In this document: positions 15,301 to 25,900 of the stretch, in pieces
How the letters are laid out: the number at the start of each line of letters is the position of its first letter
Numbering within the stretch: the first letter of the stretch is position 1
DNA from: Tubulanus polymorphus
Taxonomy: Eukaryota; Animalia; Nemertea
Reading direction: 5' to 3'
Length of the DNA stretch: 64,000 nt
NCBI RefSeq assembly: GCF_964204645.1
Contig: NC_134031.1
Location: 20,467,910 to 20,531,909, forward strand
Notes under the pieces: model-generated
Told to the model about the DNA's origin: nothing
What the model saw: the letters and a program-made list of their open reading frames with translations, nothing else
Database searches by the model: none
Program-made: the position numbers and the translations under genes

Positions 15301-18300
15301 GTGATTGTATTTTGAATATCTATTTATTATCTCAAATGTTTTTAATGAGTGTAATATTTGTTTAATACAAGTGAATTATTTATGTAAAGCGATGGCTACT
15401 GATTTCAATGATGGTCCAGGTATATGAGGTAACCTTTCACAGATTGCAGAGCTGATTATAGCAGCGATATCGCGCAGTCCTAACACGCCAGTTATTTGTT
15501 CATTCTTCACTATATCGATACATCTCTCTGTGAAATCAAATATATCTTCATCGGGTGAACGGATTATATTCATAAACTCATAATATTCCTTTACTTCTTC
15601 TTTTAAACTACCGATGCAGATTTTTGATGCTCCGACATCGGTGTTTATGGAAATTAATTCTCAAGTTGTAGTTTCCGTAAATGGCTGGAAATCCAACTTG
15701 AGCATAGTTTACTGTACCATTTGTAACATTTGATATACATTGCATAATAATTCATTAAAGGAGAGTAATTTTCTCAGATTGGCTAATTCATTTCCATACA
15801 GAATATTCTGGTTGTTTTAGAACATCTTTCGCTATCGCAACAAACTTGTCCTGTTGATCTGTAAATAAAATAATTACAAATATGTAATGTCTGACCTTGT
15901 CTAATTGATGTGTTTAGAAATTTGGATTGTTACGTGGGTGATTCTGAGAATTGTGTGCGTACGAAAAGTTTCTACCTTTTCACATTTTTTACCTTTGTAA
16001 CTTGGAGCAGAAACATAAACAAATCCCAGGAAACTACCAATCCGTCCTCCTGGGTATTTCACTTGATCTTGTGGGTCTAACCAAAGATGTACTTCCGGAT
16101 GGCGTTTCAAAACTCCAAACTCTATCAGGTTTTCAACTGTGTCCGTAGCAAAAGTTGTAAGATATCCTACCATGAATTTTGTGCCATTTGGGGTAGGTGC
16201 CTTCGGTACTATCCCTTGACTGACTTTTAACAGCGCCTCAAAGCAGTTTCCATCATCGAGGCAAGCTCTAAACATTGGTATACATTCAGTGGCAATCCTA
16301 TGATTCACCTCTATTATTTTATGGCTTCCATCATTCATAATCACCATCTCCAAAAATACAAATTGATTATTGAATCCATAGTCAATCACTCTCTGAACGA
16401 CAATGTCAAAGGTTTTCCAGATTTCTTCCTGGGTATCTTTCTGTACTCTTGACGGGTATGACAGGCTCGACATCACTACAGGGTCGGTTTCCCAAAAGTT
16501 AACATCAGTTATCGCCCATTTAATAATCTGACCATGGGCAACTAGTCCAGTTACAATTAGGAACATATCGAAGTCTTCGAATTCTTCCACTATCAGTGCA
16601 TTTTCAGGACAAGGTGCTCCGACTTTCGACAGAAATCCTTCATCGAATCGATGCCATTTCTTCTCTACTTTAAGACTCTCGTAAGCTCCCAGATTCTCCC
16701 GCAAAGCATTTTCACATTCGATCTTCTTCGAACCGACGGAATGTGTTCCCGTGCACGGCTTCACAAAACAAGGAAATCCCACTTGGTTGAGGACATCGTG
16801 TATTTGAGTAGGTGAAGCATCATACCTCAATAATCGATAATTAATTCCACCTTGTTCTTTAGTGAAATACAAACGAGTGTAATATTTATGTAAAGCGATG
16901 GCTACTGATTTCAATGATGGTCCAGGTATATGAGGTATCCTTTCACAGATTGCAGCGCTGATTATAGCAGCGATATCGCGTAGTCCTAACACGCCAGTTA
17001 TTTGTTCATTCTTCACTATATCGATACATCTCTCTGTGAAATCAAATATATCTTCATCTGGTGAACGGATTATATTCATAAACTCATAACATTCCTTTAC
17101 TTCTTCTTTTAAACTACCGATGCAGATTTTTGATGCTCCGACATCCATCGACTCGTTCGAGATAATTGCAATTTTTGTTTTAGACATGATAATTTTAACC
17201 CTTAACCGCTTCTACGAGTGGTCACAATTAGATTTGAGTCAGTAAGGTGACTGCGTTCAGTCTGGTGAAGCCTCGGTTATTGTATTTAATCCATTGTATA
17301 TTAATGTGGCATTTAGCGAATGAAACAGGCCTCAGTCAATAGCTGCAATATGAAAGGTCTGGGTCATTTGAAAATGCACGTTAGAGATCAATGAAAACGA
17401 GTTTACAAAAATGTACAAAAGTTTGTTGTTAAAAAGGAGATAAATTTTGAAATATTATATACTTCTTTGTAATACCTACGACAAGCGACGTAACATTTTT
17501 AATAAATCAAGGCAGTACATTATGTAGCACTATCTAGCAAAGTTAGCTCCCAGCCGTCCAACCTCATCAAATCTATTATGAGTTTTTCGTCATTATTACA
17601 TGTATCATCATTTTCGTTTTGATCTCTTGCCACTTGGTGAGAAATTTACATTGGATTGTTACAAGTAATATTCTATTGTCCCATGTACTCATATAAACCA
17701 GGTTCCAGCGTATGTAATGTAGTTTGAAGCAGGGATTTAAAGCTAAATTTCATTTTGATTTTGAACTGTTAAAAACCCCTCGATGCATTAGAATAGAAAT
17801 TGTCGGCGAAAATTTAGAAAAGAAAATCAATATTGATTGATTGACTGGAAACAGCCAGCTGGGCAAACAGAGCTAGGAAAATACACTGTATTGTATTTAT
17901 TCTATAGATATGTGTTCAACGATACCGAGTGCGGTAAACACCAGTAACAACAGTGACGATTGTGTCGGCAAATACCTCGCTGAAAACATCGCTAACATGC
18001 AGAAAGAAGCTGAAATCATCGCCACGCATCAGCAACAGAATTCATCTTCAAATAATGCGCAGGTAATTTAGCCCCGAGTAATTGTGCTGTAGCGGTTATT
18101 TGACAGTTCAAGTTAAGAGGTTAATAATCAGATTTGAATGTTGAAACTAGTTCAGATACATCTACAGAAGGTTTCGTCATGGAAAGACTTACACATACAA
18201 TAAAATCTTCCTAGATAATATTTAATTTGTGTTTATTTGTAGGTGTGCGATCAATCTAGTAATTCTCAACCATCTCTATTGAGAGATATAGTATCTGCTA

Positions 18301-19539
18301 TTTGCGACTTGGTGACATTCCGAAATAGTGCATCCCGAAATTTCCAACAACAAACTCCAGTCATCTCGTGTAAGTATTTGTTTCCACATGAAGTTTGATT
18401 ACATATTTCTCTTATCGGATGCGTTTTCAAGTGGAAATTATTATCTAATAAACTTGGTCTTACTGGGCGGGTATCAGTCAACTGGGTAAACTTGGTCTTA
18501 CTGGGTGGGTATCAGTCAACTGGGTAAACTTGGTCTTACTGGGTGGGTACCAGTCAACTGGGTAAACTTGGTCTTACTGGGTGGGTATCAGTCAACTGGG
18601 TAAATTTGGTCTTACTGGCTGGGTACCAGTCAACTGGGTAAACTTGGTCTTACTGGGTGGGTACCAGTCAACTGGGTAAACTTGGTCTTACTGGGCGGGT
18701 ATCAGTCAACTGGGTAAACTTGGTCTTACTGGGCGGGTATCAGTCAACTGGGTAAACTTAGTCTTACTGGGCGGGTATCAGTCAACTGGGTAAACTTGGT
18801 CTTACTGGGTGGGTATCAGTCAACTGGGTAAACTTGGTCTTACTGGGTGGGTATCAGTCAACTGGGTAAACTTGGTATTACTGGGTGGGTATCAGTCAAC
18901 TGGATAAACTTGGTATTACTGGGTGGGTATCAGTCAACTGGGTAAACTTGGTCTTACTGGGTGGGTATCAGTCAACTGGGTAAACTTGGTCTTACTGGGC
19001 GGGTATCAGTCAACTGGGTAAACTTGGTCTTTCTGGGCGGGTATCAGTCAACTGGGTAAACTTGGTCTTACTGGGCGGGTATCAGTCAACTGGGTAAACT
19101 TGGTCTTACTGGGCGGGTATCAGTCAACTGGGTAAACTTGGTCTTACTGGGCGGGTATCAGTCAACTGGGTAAACTTGGTCTTACTGGGTGGGTATCAGT
19201 CAACAGGGTAAACTTGGCTCTAAACCATGAATTATTTTACGCCTGGAATTTATTTGTTAAACTTCATATTTCCCTGATTCTGAACTCAGTAAACCGCTCC
19301 AGCCTCCAGTCGGTAAATTTTCGTTTTGAAAACCTCTTGTTTTACTACTGAGTAAGGTTTTAATAGCAAACAAAATTTGGAACCCAAATGAGACATTTCA
19401 TTTAGCTGTAATGTAATTTTGGATATGACTTTATTCTGTTTCAGATGTCGTATTATGGATTTTACTGGCTCCATTTTATCTGATATTCTACATATTCAAA
19501 GGGCTTGGAAAATCCCGTCGCCTCTTAAAAAACAAATGA
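12359..19539 (+). CDS. Orphan ~166-aa protein with a Lys/Arg-rich N-terminus and a C-terminal transmembrane (tail) anchor; 4 exons
   Basis: Exons 12359-12482, 17908-18062, 18243-18369 and 19445-19539 are all GT-AG bounded, phase-compatible (1,0,1) and stop-free: MAESNPPAITHTKKKKRFRLKFWKKKKRR...ES/DMCSTIPS...NNAQ/VCDQ...PVIS/YVVLWILLAPFYLIFYIFKGLGKSRRLLKNK*. Confidence 0.65.
12735..14139 (-). CDS. ATP-grasp ligase copy A (L-amino-acid ligase / carnosine-synthase-like fold), 423 aa, 2 exons
   Basis: Motifs HKYYTR, FPCFVKPCTGTHSVGSKKI, IVEEF and LEM...IIEVNHR. Exon 1 is 14139-12939 (TACAAAG|gtaaaa); exon 2 is 12805-12735 (tttacag|AACAACAG), giving the C-terminus EQQDKFVAIAKDVLKQPEYSVWK*. Confidence 0.88.
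14373..14606 (-). pseudogene. Truncated ATP-grasp copy (5' fragment of B type, with ~320 bp of duplicated upstream region)
   Basis: Near-identical to the copy B N-terminus, with homology ending shortly after LRDIA. Upstream 14607-~14930 matches 17188-~17490. Confidence 0.85.
15376..15639 (-). pseudogene. Internal ATP-grasp fragment lacking the start codon and ending at ALHK*
   Basis: Homology runs from DVGASK to ALHK followed by TAA. The fragment directly abuts the 3' flank of copy B (gtttatggaaattaattctcaag, which matches ~12590). Confidence 0.85.
15788..17187 (-). CDS. ATP-grasp ligase copy B, 421 aa, 2 exons
   Basis: Same motifs as copy A. Exon 1 is 17187-15993 and exon 2 is 15858-15788 (DQQDKFVAIAKDVLKQPEYSVWK*); the intron position is identical. 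Confidence 0.88.
18449..19217. repeat. 38-bp minisatellite, 20 copies plus a partial unit (intronic)
   Basis: Unit taaacttggtcttactgggYgggtaYcagtcaactggg in direct tandem without spacers. Confidence 0.97.
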
Positions 19540-20182
19540 AAGAATTTGTGCGGATTATGACTTTTTGTGGTATAAATTTTATTCACATATCTTTGTGAAC
19601 TGTGGAACTAAATGTTGAGGATATTAAAGAAAGAACTGTTTTAATCTTCCGAATAGAAACTGAACGAAATTTGGCCAGTCAAGAAGGATCGGTGGTTTCG
19701 ATTTGGTTGGATCGTGTAAATGAAAAAAAAACATTTTAAAGAACCATTGTTAGAATTTGACTGAGGTCCAGTTGAGTGAGTCCATCAGTTTTGTAGTAGG
19801 CCCACTTAGACCTTAGGCATTCATAGAATCAAATATAGACCTTTAGAACCTAGATACCAAGTTGAATTTGAAGCCGGAGTGAAATGACGTATAACTTATG
19901 TTATCTTATTTTTAGGAGTCAAACTTCGACCCAAAATCTAGAACTTGACCAAATGAATTCGTGGAACTTTGTGTTAGGTGAATTAATGTACCATACATGT
20001 CACAAATATTTACCATTCTATTAAACTTATTTATTTTTTGTTAATTAAATGTTGTAAATTAGTTGAAAACTGTTTAAAGAACAAGATTTTTTTTGTAATA
20101 GACAATTTATTCTGGATGTCTTTGTCAGTGGGTGTTTTCTGTCGGTCACAGATTCTTCAACACCGGAGTTCAGCGTCGTCAG

Positions 20183-20287
20183 TCCGTCAGTTTGACTTGT
20201 GGCAGCGGTCCGTCAGTTTGACTTGTGGCAGCGGTCCGTCAGTTTGACTTGTGGCAGCGGTCCGTCAGTTTGACTTGTGGCAGCGGT
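20183..20287. repeat. 26-bp tandem repeat, 4 copies
   Basis: Unit tccgtcagtttgacttgtggcagcgg. Confidence 0.95.
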
Positions 20288-20812
20288 ACAATTTCTTGGA
20301 CAATAGGTATCTATGGTTCGTTTCTTCGATTTCTATAATTATTTCAACTCTTTCGTCACAATCCGACTAACCGTGGCCCTTTGAATTTTTTGGAGTAATC
20401 CTCATCTTGTTCCATTATTCTACCCGGTATTCGATCGCGGCAAACAACAAATAACTGGAGCCACCCTTGTATATTGCAATTCAATTCAACTCACCTGAAA
20501 CTGCAATAAAGCGATAAAGTGGGACTACAAGAAGCCGAAATCAGAGAGCAAGAATCGTTAAATAGTAGTAGGCTCCTATGATTGTTCAGCTGTGCAGATA
20601 AAAAAAGAAGGGGTCGATGATTCCGTAGTTTTACGGTAAACGGTTTCCTTTTATTAATCATCAATTGATATTAATCATCAATTTTTTAACAAGGCCCACT
20701 GTCACTGACACTCTCCAGACAAAAACAGTCTTCGTCTTCGACTTCTTCATTCAAGACTTCCTTCTGATTTTTCAGCTATCGAGTGAAAACCAAATAATTA
20801 TTTGCGGCCGCT

Positions 20813-21862
20813 ATGGAAAAACAAATGCTGAAATCTCGACTGCCTCCGATCCCTGCGGGAGATATAAGATCGACGAGGCATCGTCAAATAGATTACACCC
20901 CGGTCGATTGGAAGGGTTATTTCGACCAACAAGACGAAATAACCGTCGGCAATGACCGATTTCACGTTTATAAAAGCGGTAAGTCGGGTCCGGTGTTGTT
21001 ATTTCTACACGGCGGTGGATTCTCCGGCCTCACGTGGGCGTTACTCTCGACGGCGATTCAACAATCGATCGAATGTCGTTGCGTGGCGCTCGATTTCAGA
21101 GCTCACGGCGAGAGTAAATGCGCCGACGAAAATGATTTGAGCACGGACACCCTAACGAACGACGTCGGGAATGTCGTTACGGCTTTATTCGGCGACGAGG
21201 CTCCTCCGCCGGTCGTATTGATCGGGCATAGTATGGGCGGGGCTATCGGCGTCGACGTGGCCCATCGAGGTATTATACCTTCGTTAACGGCTCTGGTCGT
21301 CATCGACGTCGTCGAGGGCACCGCGTGCGAAGCTCTCGGCAGCATGCGCAGTTTCCTCGGTAACCGGCCGCGAGCGTTCGAGTCGTTGGAACGCGCGATC
21401 GAATGGAGTTTAAAAACCGGACAAATTCGTAACATCGATTCGGCGAAAGTTTCGGTGATCGGACAATTGAAATCAATCGATTCAGGGAGTGATTTTCAAC
21501 AAAGCGTTTCCAACCAATCAAATATAATCGCTGAAGAAACCGAAGAGGAGGCTGCTGCTTCGAACCACGAAGTTCCCGCTCAAACTAATAAATATACTTG
21601 GAGATTAGATCTTATGAAAACAGAACAGTTTTGGAAAGGTTGGTTCACCGGTTTATCGAAGAAGTTTCTCGGCGTGCCGGTTCCGAAAATGTTACTGCTA
21701 GCCGGCGTCGATCGCTTGGACAAAGATCTGACGATCGGTCAAATGCAGGGCAAATTTCAAATGAAAGTTCTTCCGAAATGCGGACATTGTGTACACGAAG
21801 ACGTTCCCGACGAAGTAGCCGAGATTCTAGTGAGCTTTTTAAAGCGGCATAAATTAGTTTAA
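20813..21862 (+). CDS. PPME1: Protein phosphatase methylesterase 1 (PME-1), intronless CDS
   Basis: Alpha/beta hydrolase motifs LHGGGFSGLTW, GHSMGG (Ser), IDVVEGTA (Asp), LLLAGVDRLDKDLTIGQMQGKFQM and CGHCVHED (His). Confidence 0.96.
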   Translation: MEKQMLKSRLPPIPAGDIRSTRHRQIDYTPVDWKGYFDQQDEITVGNDRFHVYKSGKSGPVLLFLHGGGFSGLTWALLSTAIQQSIECRCVALDFRAHGESKCADENDLSTDTLTNDVGNVVTALFGDEAPPPVVLIGHSMGGAIGVDVAHRGIIPSLTALVVIDVVEGTACEALGSMRSFLGNRPRAFESLERAIEWSLKTGQIRNIDSAKVSVIGQLKSIDSGSDFQQSVSNQSNIIAEETEEEAAASNHEVPAQTNKYTWRLDLMKTEQFWKGWFTGLSKKFLGVPVPKMLLLAGVDRLDKDLTIGQMQGKFQMKVLPKCGHCVHEDVPDEVAEILVSFLKRHKLV

Positions 21863-22685
21863 ACAATCAGTTTAATCGCGTGTGAAATACTTTTGTACTC
21901 GGAAATTCATAGAATTTTGTCGCGTCAAATTTTGATAGTATCTCGTAATTTGTATTTGCAAAGCAAATGATTAACCTGGTGCCAGAACTGACTATGATAA
22001 CTGAGAGTGCTTAATACTCCTCTATTCAAGAGATCGACTTCTCTACCAAGTATCAAAATACTCAAAATCACAATCATTTCTTGTTCATTTTCAATTCAAT
22101 TATCATTTTTTATGTCCAATTACTGTCTTTTGCTCAAAACTAGATAAATCTAGATTCAGGTAGCCTGCAAATTCTGTGGCATTGAAAGCAGGCATGGGTA
22201 GTCATCTTCATGAAATAGAGTAAAGCAATTTGTAATATATTGTCCGGGACATGGGATAATCTGATTCTGGGGCAATCGACTCCAAGGTAAATGGAGTAGG
22301 CTGCACTCTAGTCATATCCTAGCAACTCGGATAACCAAGGTGGTTGAAATACTTAATGTGCTTTGGATTTATTTCATTCTGTGTGCGCTGCTAGGGTTAA
22401 GAAAATCTTCAGTGTTCTTGTGTGCCGTTATAATTGTATATTTCAGTAAACTGAAATAAATGCATTAATCATCAATCATTAATTCATTCTCTGCTTCGTG
22501 GTAATTCATTTCATCTTGACAGCTATCATAAACACCAGATGCAAAGCAAAGATATAAAAAGAACATTGATTTTAACAGTTTTTAGCAAAATAATTATTTT
22601 CCCTATAGAAACTACATGTGTACAGTCAGTTTAAAAAATCATATTCTGCATACATTTAAGCACAGTGTAAAATAATGTCCAGATG

Positions 22686-22821
22686 CAGTGAAATCTCGTT
22701 ACAACGAACTTCACGGGGCCAGAAAATATGTTCATTATAACCGATTTCTTGGTACACAGTTTTAAATTTGTTATATCCGATGAATCGTTGTATCTGAGTT
22801 CATTATAACGAGGTTCCACTG
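22686..22821. mobile_element. Tc1/mariner (pogo/Tigger-like) MITE
   Basis: Imperfect TIRs cagtgaaatctcgttacaacgaact ... agttcattataacgaggttccactg. Confidence 0.7.
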
Positions 22822-22923
22822 GAAATGTGAAAGACTTAATAATTTTGGCATTATTCTATTCCGGGACCGTTGAAAAAGGCTGGTGGTGCATGTATTAATC
22901 GGAATAAGTCATTCTGATATGCA

Positions 22924-25900
22924 TCATAAAATTTCCAGTCCTTCCATCATCGTAACAAGCGCTTGCTGGGCGCCACTTTCTGACCGCGTTTTAATCAGAT
23001 CTTGCAGTATTTTCACCGAACGTTGTAGATTTTTACCGAGTTTATTTTCGTCGAGCGTGTCCTGACACGACGCCCGTCTGCTCGATATCGCGTAGATCAC
23101 TTCGTTCGATTCGTCGACCATTTGTTTATTGAACACGAGTTTGAAAACGGCGCGAATGTTGGCGATTATTTCCGACCGGAGACGTGCATCACCTTGGCAA
23201 CTCAAATTGACGATAAATAGCCCTGTAAAAGAGATGAAAACGTCTGTGAATGGATACCGTTGCTAACAGAACATTCCTATTAAATTCGAATCAACTGTTC
23301 TCAATAATAAATCAATTTTCAGTGAAATCTACTTCATACAATAAGTGGATAAGTCAATCTTACATCTATTCAATGACCTGCCTAGAAATCGAATCAAAAT
23401 GAGTTGAGTTCATTGAACACACTATAGTCTCACCTTGAGGATGTAGAATTGAATCAACTTTTTTGAGGAAATCTTTCTGCATGAACAAAATCGGTGGCGA
23501 TACCAGAGCGCTTTTCGTGTCCTTGTTGTCAATATCCAACATTACTATGTGTTTTCTACCAACTACAACGACATGAATATTCAAGTGGTAAATCTGCGAG
23601 GAATGACTGAATGGAACAACCAAAAAGAGTCCTGAAAACTTGTAATGAAGTAAGTCTGATGACAATAGGAAGATATGAGTAGTGGTTTCAGGTCGCTGAT
23701 TGATACATCAGAAATGCAAGTTCAGAGATCTTGCACAAAAATGGTAAATATGTGCCCAGTTGGCAGATCACATTTTATATGATTTAATGATATATTTCAT
23801 ATATCTCTTCGAACTGTCGGTACCTTCATGAGTAAGCCGTTCGATGTAGTCCAATGCGTCGCACATATTCGGTCGTATGAACTCTGATGGTTTCATGCCG
23901 AACCAATCTTCCGCTACTGTTAACATTGCGACATCTTTTTCGACGATATCGATAGTTGCCTAATGATAAAGTGTTGAATATAATACTAACTATACAGCAA
24001 GGAAAAGCTGTTTTATTCAGATCAATTTTATCCAGAGAGACTCGACTTGCGCGTTAAGTAATACAGATTTCTACATAGTATGGATTCTATTTCTCGTATT
24101 CAAAGCTTTTTTCCGACAGTTTCCGGATTTATGTAAATCCCATGTTCAGAGAAACTATTCCTTAGATAACACTATACAACAGATAACGACAATGAACAAA
24201 GTCAATTAGATTCAAACTCAGTCGTTATCAGATTAGATGTCACATTTCTTATGAAAGTTGCCGAGATAATATTGAGTCCAAATTCGATTTGAAGTGTAAA
24301 TTGCTAGTGTTAATCCTCATTTGGATAAGTAATCAACACAATGATGGTGTCAGCTATGATAATTTGAGAGTAAGTTTGACTGTAATCTATGACAAGCACA
24401 TCTTAAAATGCTGTGGAATTCGTTGTAACGAATGAAATGTATGAAAATTACTTACTTTTGGGTACACAGTGTTTAAGTATCGAGGCAAACAACCACCACC
24501 TAATCCTAATATTGATATATCTAATCCTTCTTCTAGAAATGAGAGCAAATCGAAGCATTCTATCAGTTATCAATCGCTGGTTTCAGTCTGTAAGCGAGTG
24601 TATTTATGTTAAAAAAATTTGAGAATCAAACTGAACCCTGTCCAACGACATGGATAGCTACATTGCAAGGGTTACGAATTTCTTGAGGAATACTCAAAAT
24701 AACACTTATCAGTTCCATAATAATTGCTAAGAGCAGGACCTCATTCTTCAATCCTGTATTAAATTTGACTGGAGTTACAATTAGTGCATTTCCAATGTTC
24801 TAACCCCAGAGGTTCAGTTCTTTGAGCAATTATCATGGAACCAAGAAATGCAAGATATTTATATCAAGCAAAATTTAGATGATACGAAACCGGTTTAGCA
24901 CAACAGTTTCACTGTTGCCTGATAGATTTGTATTTTTATTCTAGGTTCTATCTAAAATAATTTTTGCTACCCGGTAAAATTAGATTTTGTTGGGGCCTAG
25001 TTTACGGATCCTCATTAGTCTTGTGAAGCAAACAAATTCTACTATAAGCTGAATATGCTATTGTTTATTTCACACACAGCCAGAAATTAATCATTAATCG
25101 ATTATCAATAACATGTGTATTCGAAAATTACGAACCGATTATTTTCTGAAAATCTTCCATGAAAGCCAATCCGGCTACCATGGCGACGTGGATCTGGAAG
25201 GCGAGATACGTCGGATCAACGATGAGCTTCGTGAACACTTTCGCTCGTTTCTTTTTGACCACCGCTTCGAAAAAAACAAAATCATTTAAAAATAATTACC
25301 GGTAAGTGTAATTCAAGTTTGACCAGGATTTTTGATCTAATCAGAATACTATTTATGATGATATGATTTATTTTCTCCACAAAATTTTTCATGATTAACA
25401 AAATATTCAAAGTAGTTGGTTGATAATATGGAGGGACACCAAGCAAGCTTTAAAACATTTACAGTTACAGTTCACCTATACATAAACATTGTATAGGTCT
25501 ATGTAAAAGATACCGGTTCTGCTGTAACGGGAGATTTTTGTTCACTTACCTTTCACGAGTTTAGCCTCTGATTGACACGTCGATGGATTATTCTTGAAGT
25601 AAAGTCGTCTGAAAACTTCTGAATCGACATCGACATCTTCGATTACGTAATCTCCCGTATCAATGCTATTACCTTCGTGCTTAACAGTCCGTCTGCCAAT
25701 ATCGTCGCCGATCGATAAAAACGGCACTTTCGCTTTACCGGGGTTACGCGGAGCTAGTTCCATAACTTTCGCCGATAGTTCCGATTTGATCTGTTCCATG
25801 TTATCGTATTTATGTTCGCGATGCGTCGCCACGACGAGTAATCGTTCGAAATTTACGGTTTTGGATAAATGATCGCGACCCATATCTGTACCGAACAGCC

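Noticed and set aside
12735-17187. Bacterial contamination as the source of the ATP-grasp genes
   Set aside because: Both copies have a spliceosomal-type GT-AG intron, host-like base composition, and lie between typical animal genes.
18449-19217. CRISPR-like array
   Set aside because: The units are contiguous with no unique spacers, the context is eukaryotic and there are no cas genes. The same applies to the repeats at 20183 and 51014.
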